A DNA stretch of 64,000 nt from Bacteroidota bacterium (GTDB lineage: Bacteria > Bacteroidota > Bacteroidia > AKYH767-A > 2013-40CM-41-45), in contig JANNBB010000026.1 of the NCBI GenBank assembly GCA_031385005.1, positions 35,669-99,668 of the forward strand. Reading direction: 5' to 3'. Shown here piece by piece: positions 28,582 to 37,505 of this stretch; the stretch's first letter is position 1, and every line of letters begins with the position of its first letter. Under the pieces are notes generated by a model. That model made no database searches and was not told the DNA's origin. It worked only from the letters and a program-made list of their open reading frames with translations. A program made the translations under genes and the position numbers.

Positions 28582-29965
28582 CAGAATTTTCACTTTTCCC
28601 GCTTTTACTATTTTTATTGTCATGAGCATTTTGTTTAGCTCTTGCATAAGAGAAAAGAATTCCAATCCTACTCCTGTTTTCTCCAAAGAAATTGCACCCA
28701 TCTTTTATGAAAATTGCTCTTCCTGTCATCGTCCGGGCTCCGGAGCCCCTTTTAATCTGATCACGTACGAAGACATTGTTAAGAAGATTCATACGGTTCA
28801 ACTTTCCATTAATGAAAGACTGATGCCTCCCTGGCCGGCTGATACTTCTTACTCTCATTTTGTCGGGGAAAAGGTTTTAAGTGAAAATGAAATACATCTT
28901 ATCAATCGCTGGATTGAAGCCGGATTTCCTATCGGAGATACCAATCAAATACCACAGCCTCCGGACTTTGGATTGAATACGGAAAAGAAAAAACCGGATT
29001 TTATTATACGCATGCGTCAACCATTTCTAATCAAAGGTGATAACACAGATAATTTTATCATGCTGAAGATTCCCTATGAATTTCCATCTGATACTTTTAT
29101 ACGGACAATCGAAATTGTTCCGGGAAATAAAAAGCTCGTTCATCATATCAATGCACATCTAATTCAATATTTCGCGGGAGCCAAAAAAGACAACCAAAAA
29201 GGAGTTGCCTATGTAAATACGGAGTTGCATGATAAAATTAGTGCATATCAATTACTTTCGTTACCCAACGACGACGGCTCCTATCCATTGCTCACCCCTT
29301 CGGTCTCCAATTATCTACCGGGTGTTGAAGCGGTATTTTATCCGCCCGGAATCGGCGGACTAAAAGTAAAGAAACAAGGAGCTATCTTGCTCGATAACAT
29401 TCATTATGGGCCGAGTCCTATCGATACATCCGATCAAACAACTTTTAATTTTTATTTCAGTCCGACAGCACCCGAGAGACCACTAAGGGAATTTATTATT
29501 GGAACCAGCGGTGTTTCTCCGATTATTCCGCCCCTTGTGATACCTCCGCATACGGTTAAGAAATTTATTTCGTCGTATCGGGTACCGGAAGACATTTCTC
29601 TTTTAACCATCAATCCACATATGCATTTGCTTGGTATTTTTTTCCAGGCCTATGTTCTCCTGCCAGATGGTGATACTCTCCCATTAATCCGCATTAAAAA
29701 ATGGGATTTTCGATGGCAATATTTTTACACATTTCCGAAAATTTTAAAAATCCCTGCGGGTTCTCTTATTCAAATGGAAGGTCTTTTTGATAACACAGAG
29801 AATAATCCTTTGGTTCCCTTTCATCCACCACGTACCATTTCGGAAAGAGCAGGAAGCATGCGCACAACCGATGAAATGTTTCAATTGATATGCACATACT
29901 TGCCATATAAACCGGGCGATGAAAATATTCGATTAGAAAACAAACAAACAGAAAAAGACGACTAA
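28553..29965 (+). CDS. Lipoprotein with an N-terminal c-type heme-binding motif (CxxCH) fused to a copper type II monooxygenase-like (PHM/DBH-like) domain
   Basis: Lipobox FSSC. A heme-c motif NCSSCHRPG is followed by ...LMPPWPAD, a Planctomycete-type cytochrome c-like layout. Candidate Cu-ligand motifs are LVHHINAH (HH), NPHMHLLG (HxH) and a downstream Met (LIQMEGL). Confidence 0.5.
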   Translation: MDVFLNMKINRIFTFPAFTIFIVMSILFSSCIREKNSNPTPVFSKEIAPIFYENCSSCHRPGSGAPFNLITYEDIVKKIHTVQLSINERLMPPWPADTSYSHFVGEKVLSENEIHLINRWIEAGFPIGDTNQIPQPPDFGLNTEKKKPDFIIRMRQPFLIKGDNTDNFIMLKIPYEFPSDTFIRTIEIVPGNKKLVHHINAHLIQYFAGAKKDNQKGVAYVNTELHDKISAYQLLSLPNDDGSYPLLTPSVSNYLPGVEAVFYPPGIGGLKVKKQGAILLDNIHYGPSPIDTSDQTTFNFYFSPTAPERPLREFIIGTSGVSPIIPPLVIPPHTVKKFISSYRVPEDISLLTINPHMHLLGIFFQAYVLLPDGDTLPLIRIKKWDFRWQYFYTFPKILKIPAGSLIQMEGLFDNTENNPLVPFHPPRTISERAGSMRTTDEMFQLICTYLPYKPGDENIRLENKQTEKDD

Positions 29966-30003
29966 GCTCGCTGTTTAATTTACTCTTCCTACTTCCAGCA
30001 ATC

Positions 30004-30462
30004 ATGAAATCAAAAAAGATCATTATACCTTCAACAGAGAAAGAACTCGAAGCATATTATAAATTACGTTTTGAAGTCTTGCGAAAGCCCTGGGGACAAG
30101 TAGAAAATTCCACCCGAGATGAATGGGAAAACATTTCCATTCATGTCCTGATGCTCGATGAAAATGAAGAAGCAATTGCTGCCGGACGTCTTCAACTGAA
30201 TCCGGGAAATGAAGGCCAGATTCGTTCTATGGCCGTAAAAAAAGAATACAGAGGTCTGGGTCTGGGATCCGAAATCTTATTGTTCCTGGAAGAAAAAGCT
30301 AAAGAAAAAGCACTGACTTCAATTGTTCTGGACGCAAGAGAAAATGCCATCCCGTTTTACAAAAAACATGGGTATGTTTCGACAGGACCTTCATACCTGC
30401 TTTTTAATGAGATTCCACATGAACGCATGGAAAAAATCTTAAAAAATAAATCAGAACGTTAG
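30004..30462 (+). CDS. GNAT family N-acetyltransferase
   Basis: Acetyl-CoA binding motif A (IRSMAVKKEYRGLGLGSEIL). Confidence 0.8.
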   Translation: MKSKKIIIPSTEKELEAYYKLRFEVLRKPWGQVENSTRDEWENISIHVLMLDENEEAIAAGRLQLNPGNEGQIRSMAVKKEYRGLGLGSEILLFLEEKAKEKALTSIVLDARENAIPFYKKHGYVSTGPSYLLFNEIPHERMEKILKNKSER

Positions 30463-30493
30463 TTAATATTTTATCACCTCAGTGAACGTTAAA

Positions 30494-31606
30494 TCAATCT
30501 ACTATCTTTAACGTGAAGGTAAAGGTTGTACCCACACCAAGTGTACTCCTCACATTAATATTTTGTCCGTGAGCTTCAATAATATGTTTGACTATCGATA
30601 GACCTAACCCCGTCCCTCCCTGGTCTCTGCTCCTGCTTTTATCCACTCTGTAAAACCGTTCAAATATACGCGCCATGTGTTGAGAATCGATTCCGATACC
30701 ATTATCTGAAATTTCAACTAATATGTTTTCATCCATATCATAAAAACCGACAAAGGTATTCCCACCTTTTCGACCATACTTGATGGAATTAACAATAAGA
30801 TTTGTAATGACTTGTCTGATTCGTTCTTTATCGCCCCAAACGAAAAATGGAATATCACTATCTTCTTTGAAGGAAAGCTTTATATCCATTTCCTTTGCCC
30901 TTAGCTCAGAAGATTCAAGAACATCTTTTGCCAGTTCATGAATATCGAATGTCCGCTGATCGAGACTTAATTCTCCGCTTTCCAGTTTGGAAATCGCTTC
31001 TAAATCGTCTACAATCAGGCAGAGACGTTCTACGGATCTTGCAGCACGCTGGAGGTAATTGATGTTAACTTCAGGATCAGATACAGCACCTTCCAATAAT
31101 GTATGGATATATCCTTGAATATTGAACAAGGGTGTTTTCAATTCATGGGAAACATTGCCCAAAAATTCTTTTCTGAAATTCTCCATTCGTTTCAATTCTT
31201 CAATCTCATCTGAACGATTCTGCTGCCATTCCATAACTTCATTTCCAACATTCGTTAAGACATCTTCATTGGAAGAAACTTTTTCAACAGATTTCGCTAT
31301 TGAATCCTTGGAACTGGAAATCGACTTATAAATCAATTTTATTTTTCGATAAAGAAATACATTTAACAAATAATTGAAAACCAAAAAGGCGCTGATGAAA
31401 CAAGAGACAAAAATTAAAATATATTTTACGTTAGAGTCTGAAAAATATTTCGCTTCGAAAAAAAAATATGAAAATATTAAAACCAGAAAAGAAACAATCA
31501 AGGATGCAATTAATGCCAACCGACGTGGAGTTGCGTTTTTTCCTGGCGGTAATTGAAATTTAGAATCAGTCACGTAATATTTTTTAAAAATCAAATTTAT
31601 AGCCAA
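30494..31606 (-). CDS. Sensor histidine kinase (two TM helices, HisKA plus HATPase_c)
   Basis: H-box LGNVSHELKTPLFNIQGY. N, G1 and G2 boxes (NLIVNSIKYG, DNGIGID, GGTGLGLSIVKHI). Confidence 0.85.
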   Translation of the reverse strand: MAINLIFKKYYVTDSKFQLPPGKNATPRRLALIASLIVSFLVLIFSYFFFEAKYFSDSNVKYILIFVSCFISAFLVFNYLLNVFLYRKIKLIYKSISSSKDSIAKSVEKVSSNEDVLTNVGNEVMEWQQNRSDEIEELKRMENFRKEFLGNVSHELKTPLFNIQGYIHTLLEGAVSDPEVNINYLQRAARSVERLCLIVDDLEAISKLESGELSLDQRTFDIHELAKDVLESSELRAKEMDIKLSFKEDSDIPFFVWGDKERIRQVITNLIVNSIKYGRKGGNTFVGFYDMDENILVEISDNGIGIDSQHMARIFERFYRVDKSRSRDQGGTGLGLSIVKHIIEAHGQNINVRSTLGVGTTFTFTLKIVD

Positions 31607-32270
31607 TACCTTTTACAGTCTTGATTAAATCATCTCCAAGTTTCTCTCTTAGTTTACGGATATGTACATCAATTGTACGATCGCCGACTACCACATCGTT
31701 CCCCCATACCTTATCCAAAATCTCTTCCCGCTTAAATACTTTTCCGGGTTTTGTTGCCAACAATGATAACAATTCAAATTCCTTTCTCGGCAATTCAATT
31801 TTTTCATCACCTCTTAAGATCAGATACTGGTCCCTGTCAATTGTTAGTCCGGCAATTGTTAAAATTTTTCCGGCAGTTTCTTTAGCCGTTGCATTCTTAT
31901 CATATCTTCGAAAAAGAGCACTTATCCGGCTAATCAAAACCCGGGGTTTAATCGGCTTGGTGATGTAATCATCGGCCCCCACGTCAAATCCCGCAATCTG
32001 TGAATAGTCTTCACTTCTTGCAGTTAAAAAAGCAATTAACGTATTTTTAAAAGCAGGCAACTCTCTTAAATGACGACAGGTTTCAATACCATCCATTTCA
32101 GGCATCATAATGTCTAATATAATCAAATCCGGATTTTCCTTTTTTGCCATCTGAATAGCTTCTTTACCATTCGTAGCTTTAAATATTTGATAGTCCTCTC
32201 TTTTCAAATTATACTCCATAAATTCAAGAATATCCGGTTCATCATCGACCAACAATATTTTTTGTTTCAT
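31584..32270 (-). CDS. OmpR/PhoB-family response regulator (receiver plus winged-helix DNA-binding domain)
   Basis: Acidic pocket LLVDDEPDI and phospho-acceptor ILDIMMPEMDG. The C-terminus ends GYKFDF (trans_reg_C). The gene overlaps the kinase gene by 23 bp. Confidence 0.85.
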   Translation of the reverse strand: MKQKILLVDDEPDILEFMEYNLKREDYQIFKATNGKEAIQMAKKENPDLIILDIMMPEMDGIETCRHLRELPAFKNTLIAFLTARSEDYSQIAGFDVGADDYITKPIKPRVLISRISALFRRYDKNATAKETAGKILTIAGLTIDRDQYLILRGDEKIELPRKEFELLSLLATKPGKVFKREEILDKVWGNDVVVGDRTIDVHIRKLREKLGDDLIKTVKGIGYKFDF

Positions 32271-32349
32271 ATGTTTAAATTTCGTGAATTTACTCTTTCA
32301 GGCTGATTGTGAATGTTAAATAAAGGTAAAGAAATAGTTACCAGATAAT

Positions 32350-34392
32350 TTATGAAAGTTGAGAAAGTATCCTTTTAGCTTGTTCATTACTCTTATCTCT
32401 TTTCAAGACTTCCTTCAGATACATTTTAGCATCTTTCTCTCTGCCCAGAAAAAGCATTGCACCTGCTTTGTTTAAAAATGCCTGTACATTATCCGGATCC
32501 AGAGATAATGCTTTATCATACATTTTAAGTGCCGACTGAACATTCTTTTCGGCAGATAAAAGCAAAAATCCCAGACTTACATATGCGCTGCTGTATTTGG
32601 GATTTTCACGGAGAATAAACTCATAATTTCTTTTTGCTTCAGCTATCATTCCCGCATCAAATTGAGCACCGGCCAACTTATTTCTAAAATCGGTAACAAA
32701 TGGTGCAAGCTCTGTTGAATTTTCAAAATAGGAAACTGCTTTGGAATTATTACCGAGGGCTGCATAGGATTCACCGATTCGGTAAGAAGTCCAGGCATGC
32801 TCATTCATCAGGGATTTCTTGTCCAGATTTTCTAAATTGTGATTTTTACTTTCCGCATAGCTCACAACTTTTTTGTAATCATTTTTTAAAAATGCCCAAT
32901 GCACAAGCGAATGAAAATTGCGAAGAATACTGTCAACATTATTATCGACAAAATATTTCTTTGCAGAATCCAGAAATGAAGGATTATCAGAAAATTTTTC
33001 GAAATAGGAAAGAAATGCTTCTCCCTTTGAACGGTTATCAGGAGTTGAATTATTAATACAAATCAATCCGGCAAAATCTTTTATCCGTTTGACTTCCGCT
33101 TGAGTTTTAGGAATGCGAATATAATGATCGCTGGTGATAACATGTGGGATATCAGTTGCACCGCCTTTGGGCATATGACAGCTTATACAATTATCATTTG
33201 AAAGGGCTCTGACTTCCATGGATTCCTTGCAGGGAAGCTGATGAATTTTTGACTTACCGGATTGAGCATTTGCCGGCTGATGACATGAAATACATTTGGA
33301 ATTAAAATAAGAACTACGTGTAACAGTAACACTAACATGTGGATCGTGGCAGGTTATGCAAGTCAATGCATTTTGATAAGGCCGAAGAGATGATTGCTTG
33401 GCATTAATCTCCTCTGCCTTTCTTAGACTCTCTTGGAAACATTTACTCATCTTCAGTCTTTCCGCATGCGAAGCCATAATATGACTATCGTCATCGCCTT
33501 TATAGAGTGGCATGTAAACATCCATCACTTCTTTCAAATGCATGCCGGGCTTAAAGTCAAGAAACGATTTGCCCTCTTTTAAAATGGCATTACCTTGTAT
33601 ATGACACCGCTGACAAACATCCAGTTGTAAGTCGATCGGTAGTTTTGCAGGGTTGACAATCGAATAATCGATTTCCTCCTTAACATCGATTATCTTTCCC
33701 TCCTTTTTTTCGCGAATGTGCAAACTTCCCGGACCGTGACAACGTTCACAATCAATTCCATTAGCCACAAAAGAATATTTATTCTCTGACCCTTGGACCA
33801 TTTTCGGATAGGCATTGTGACAGGTCATGCATTCTAACCCTATTTTTCTTGAGAAACGACTATTATAACCGCCTTCAAATCCCGGAGGTAAATCCCACTT
33901 TTTTTTCTGAGTATAAAACGTTGCCGGCACTTGAAAAACATATCCGTTGACATTCATAAGATGCGAATTAGTATGCTGGCCGGAACCTACTATCCAATCT
34001 ACGTGCTCGGCACGTTTGAATAAAGTATCTCTACCTGAAAGACGGAACTCTAAAACAACTAAAGAATCATTTTTCCAAAAGGGATGATATTGCAGGTTTT
34101 TAAAAGTATCTGAAATAATTGCAATATCAGAAAACTTAGCAGACGACTTACTTTTCGTTGCACGGTCAAACGAAAGTCCCATTCCCGTATGAAGAAATGT
34201 TTCATATTTATCGGAATGACATTCTTTACAGGATAGAATTCCCGCATATTGAACGGTATCATTTAAGGAAGAATATTGCTTTTTGTCATCGGAATCTTCA
34301 TTATGAGAATTGCATGACATCAAATAAACAAGAAAAAAAATAAAACAGGAGCAAAACAAATTTCTTAATTGGCTCCTGTATTTAAATATCAT
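32350..34392 (-). CDS. Multiheme (7 CxxCH) c-type cytochrome lipoprotein with a C-terminal TPR repeat domain
   Basis: Lipobox LMSC. Seven heme-binding motifs: CKECH, CMTCH, CERCH, CQRCH, CITCH, CISCH and CISCH. The C-terminal ~200 aa are TPR-like (YAALGNNSKAVSYF..., AYVSLGFLLL..., AFLNKAGAMLFLG...). Confidence 0.8.
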   Translation of the reverse strand: MIFKYRSQLRNLFCSCFIFFLVYLMSCNSHNEDSDDKKQYSSLNDTVQYAGILSCKECHSDKYETFLHTGMGLSFDRATKSKSSAKFSDIAIISDTFKNLQYHPFWKNDSLVVLEFRLSGRDTLFKRAEHVDWIVGSGQHTNSHLMNVNGYVFQVPATFYTQKKKWDLPPGFEGGYNSRFSRKIGLECMTCHNAYPKMVQGSENKYSFVANGIDCERCHGPGSLHIREKKEGKIIDVKEEIDYSIVNPAKLPIDLQLDVCQRCHIQGNAILKEGKSFLDFKPGMHLKEVMDVYMPLYKGDDDSHIMASHAERLKMSKCFQESLRKAEEINAKQSSLRPYQNALTCITCHDPHVSVTVTRSSYFNSKCISCHQPANAQSGKSKIHQLPCKESMEVRALSNDNCISCHMPKGGATDIPHVITSDHYIRIPKTQAEVKRIKDFAGLICINNSTPDNRSKGEAFLSYFEKFSDNPSFLDSAKKYFVDNNVDSILRNFHSLVHWAFLKNDYKKVVSYAESKNHNLENLDKKSLMNEHAWTSYRIGESYAALGNNSKAVSYFENSTELAPFVTDFRNKLAGAQFDAGMIAEAKRNYEFILRENPKYSSAYVSLGFLLLSAEKNVQSALKMYDKALSLDPDNVQAFLNKAGAMLFLGREKDAKMYLKEVLKRDKSNEQAKRILSQLS

Positions 34393-34420
34393 CCAAAAAA
34401 GTTTATAACAAAATCGATAA

Positions 34421-34975
34421 CTATTGCTTTTTAATTAATTGCATATTGTATTCATCATAGTATTTTCCATAATCGAATATCCAATCCTGTTTCAATCCTG
34501 TAATTTCAAACCCTACGCGTTTAAAAAGAGCAACACTGTTTTCATTATCGATACGAACGTTTGCATAAATCTGATGCAGGTCAAGGATTTCAAATGCATA
34601 ATCGATAATTAGATGTAAAGCTTCGGTGGCAAAACCTCTTCCTCTATCCGCTTTATTGGCAATAAGAATTCCGATTCCGGCTCTTTTATTTTTGGGATCA
34701 AAATCGAAAAGATCAACACAACCGATAGAATAAGTCTTGTCGGATATGTTATCGTCCTCATCAAAATACTTCACATCGATCATCAACCGCAGTTGCTTAT
34801 TTGTATAAATATCCTGATGTGCCTGATTTACGAATTCTTCGAGAACAAATTTAGAAAAAGGCATCAACGTGCCGCTTACACTCCAAACAGAACTATCATT
34901 TTCCCATTTATACAAACGATTTAAATCCGCCGGCTCCAAAGCCCTAAGCTGAATCATTTCTCCGACAAGTTGCAT
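34421..34975 (-). CDS. GNAT family N-acetyltransferase (RimJ/RimL-like)
   Basis: 184 aa with a GNAT fold. Acetyl-CoA motif IANKADRGRGFATEAL. Confidence 0.75.
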   Translation of the reverse strand: MQLVGEMIQLRALEPADLNRLYKWENDSSVWSVSGTLMPFSKFVLEEFVNQAHQDIYTNKQLRLMIDVKYFDEDDNISDKTYSIGCVDLFDFDPKNKRAGIGILIANKADRGRGFATEALHLIIDYAFEILDLHQIYANVRIDNENSVALFKRVGFEITGLKQDWIFDYGKYYDEYNMQLIKKQ

Positions 34976-35078
34976 ACTTTTTTATGTTTCGACGAAGTTA
35001 CAAATAGTCATTAAATAGATGAAGAAATAAATAACAGTTCTTAAACAAAATATTGTTTATACAAATGCTGAAAGGAGG

Positions 35079-35852
35079 TTAAATAATCCCTTCAAAAACC
35101 ATTTGTGCCGGCCCTTCCAGCCAAACGTCTTCAAACCCGTCCTGCCGTCTCTTGTAATATACCCTTAAACGCCCTCCGGGAGTTTCCAAATCGCTCTCAT
35201 TGCCCAATTGGTAGCCTAAGAATGAAGCCGATAATGCAGCTGCAGTAACACCTGTGCCACAGGAAAGTGTCTCATCTTCAACTCCTCTTTCATATGTCCG
35301 AACGAATAGGTCGTTTTCTCTTTTTTCAACAAAATTGATATTTGTTCCAACGTCTTTAAATCGCTCATTGTATCGAACCTCTCGTCCTTTAGCAACAACG
35401 TCAATGTTTTTAACATCGTTAACAAATACCGTATAGTGAGGGGAACCGGTATTCATAAAAATAAAATCTTTTCCTGTCTCAACATTAAATACATCGCTCA
35501 TCTGCAAACGAATCAGATATGGGTTTTGGGAAATCACTAATGCCTTATGTGGGCCGTCAAAAGCATAAAACCCTTTATATGTTTGGGCGATACCGATTGT
35601 GTTTGCAAATGCTACTGCACATCGGCCGCCATTTCCGCACATAGAACCAATGTTTCCGTCGGAGTTGTAGTAAAGCATTTCGAAATCGTATCCACCTTTC
35701 TCTCTAATGAGGATAAGTCCATCCGCTCCTATACCAAAATGACGGTCGCAAAGTTCCTTCACCTGATTAACGCTCCACTGCATCTGACTTTTTCTTTCAT
35801 CGATTAAAATGAAATCGTTTCCTGTGCCATGATATTTTTTAAAAGGAATCAT
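35079..35852 (-). CDS. dapF: Diaminopimelate epimerase
   Basis: GNDF at the N-terminus, plus the two catalytic Cys motifs SMCGNGGRC and LSCGTGVTAAAL. Confidence 0.9.
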   Translation of the reverse strand: MIPFKKYHGTGNDFILIDERKSQMQWSVNQVKELCDRHFGIGADGLILIREKGGYDFEMLYYNSDGNIGSMCGNGGRCAVAFANTIGIAQTYKGFYAFDGPHKALVISQNPYLIRLQMSDVFNVETGKDFIFMNTGSPHYTVFVNDVKNIDVVAKGREVRYNERFKDVGTNINFVEKRENDLFVRTYERGVEDETLSCGTGVTAAALSASFLGYQLGNESDLETPGGRLRVYYKRRQDGFEDVWLEGPAQMVFEGII

Positions 35853-36751
35853 TTGGAGATTGAAGGTTTTTCGGTTTCAGGTATAAAGGGAGAAAAATTT
35901 TCAGATCGTTCGAGAGAAAACAATTCCTTACCGTATTTGAATAATAATTTATCGTTTCGCTTTATCAACTGAACAGCATCGGGTTCCTCGATTCCAAAAA
36001 GCACAATTCTATCATTGTAAAATTTGTAGCCTTTATAATTCACGGGAGAAACCCAAAATTCAATAATGTAATTGTCGTTCTCAATACTTTCATTGCCGGG
36101 TAAATCTGCCAGAGGGTTTAATGCTTCCGTAGTATTTTGAGCAATAGTATTATCTGAATTAATCGGTTTCTGTATTTCGTCACCTTCAACCTTAGCTTTT
36201 GTTACGATGCTTATTAGTAACTGATCTTTTTTGAAGACAATGTCCGGATTCTCTGAATTGATTGATGCGGTGTCGATGCCTACTGATTCTTTAATTGATT
36301 CAGGTGAAGGCGAAACAATATTCGATTTTGAGTTTTTTGAAACAGGAACTTTAATTTCTTTTTCATTTTCAGAGCCGGTATTTAAGTTAACAATTTCCGG
36401 TTTCTTCTGGCGAAAAATATCAAACAATAAATACCTCCTTTTATTTTCTGTTGATTCCTTACCTGAAAAATTCCAAATCGTAATTCCTGCGCCGGCCACA
36501 ACGAAAAAGAAAATAATCAATTTAAGCGCAGATGGAATTAGCGGCTTTTTGTAATCGATGTGCTTTTCGATTAGTTCGCGCAGCCGTGAATCTTCCGCTT
36601 TACGAATTCCATCAATTAAATTATTTTGAAAGGAGACCTGACTTTTAAATTCCTGATCTTCTTCCATCCTATCCATGAAATTTTTTAATTCCAAACCCGA
36701 CAATGAGTTTTGTAAATAACGATCAATCAACTTTCTGTTTTCAGATTTCAT
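35849..36751 (-). CDS. Putative anti-sigma factor (single-pass membrane protein)
   Basis: A cytoplasmic N-terminal ~70 aa, one TM helix (ALKLIIFFFVVAGAGITIW), then a periplasmic domain. The ATG overlaps the stop codon of the upstream sigma factor gene (ATGA). Confidence 0.5.
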   Translation of the reverse strand: MKSENRKLIDRYLQNSLSGLELKNFMDRMEEDQEFKSQVSFQNNLIDGIRKAEDSRLRELIEKHIDYKKPLIPSALKLIIFFFVVAGAGITIWNFSGKESTENKRRYLLFDIFRQKKPEIVNLNTGSENEKEIKVPVSKNSKSNIVSPSPESIKESVGIDTASINSENPDIVFKKDQLLISIVTKAKVEGDEIQKPINSDNTIAQNTTEALNPLADLPGNESIENDNYIIEFWVSPVNYKGYKFYNDRIVLFGIEEPDAVQLIKRNDKLLFKYGKELFSLERSENFSPFIPETEKPSISK

Positions 36752-37266
36752 TACAACTCCTTAGGATCAACAAACAATCGTGATTTAACAATACTTTCAA
36801 ATTGTGAAAATGCCTTAGTGAACTCGAACTCAGCGATTACAGGATTGCTGAAATTCTCGCGGGATGCAATTTGCTCAAAAGAAAGATTTTCAACATAGCG
36901 TTCAGAAAGAATTTTCTTAAACTCATCGTTTAATATGGAAAAACACCTGGCAACGACTTGTGCATCCTCTTCCTGTTTTTCTATTTTTTCATTTCCAATC
37001 GTACGGATATGATTAAGCTCTTCTTTTAAAGTATTGAAAAAGAAAATCTCCACATCGTTGTTTTTGGAAAAATCACTTTTTTGAACCTCACGAAATACCT
37101 TTAGCAATATATTACTGAAAACGGAAGGTGTATCGGAATCCTTTACCCCTTTTCTACGGAGCCACCTTCTGGAGGATTGAAAATATTTACCGGTCAGGTA
37201 AAACAAAACATCTTCGTCACCGTTCTGAATTGAAGTAATAATTTCCTGATTAGAATATCGGCCCAT
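36751..37266 (-). CDS. RNA polymerase sigma-70 family factor (ECF-like, regions 2 and 4)
   Basis: 171 aa. The region 4 HTH is LSERYVENLSFEQIASRENFSNPVIAEF. Translationally coupled to the downstream anti-sigma-like gene. Confidence 0.6.
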   Translation of the reverse strand: MGRYSNQEIITSIQNGDEDVLFYLTGKYFQSSRRWLRRKGVKDSDTPSVFSNILLKVFREVQKSDFSKNNDVEIFFFNTLKEELNHIRTIGNEKIEKQEEDAQVVARCFSILNDEFKKILSERYVENLSFEQIASRENFSNPVIAEFEFTKAFSQFESIVKSRLFVDPKEL

Positions 37267-37505
37267 AAGTCAACAAATATATTCAATTTCAAAGAACCTT
37301 TAATATACCTGTCAATAATACAATACACATTCAAATTGTCAGTAACAGACACTCAAAATTGTCAGACATTTCAAAAAAAACTTAAGTATCTTTAACAACT
37401 GCTTAACGGTTGTTAACTTTACTATTCATTCTGACTTCATTGACTGTACGACAACTTTGTTGGCATAAAAATTGAAAAAAACCTTTCCAAAAAAATCATA
37501 AAATC

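Noticed and set aside
30494-30530. Inverted repeat ACGTTAAA...TTTAACGT between convergent GNAT and histidine kinase genes
   Set aside because: It lies within the 3' coding end of the kinase gene and has a 13-nt loop and no T-run, so it is not convincing as a terminator.
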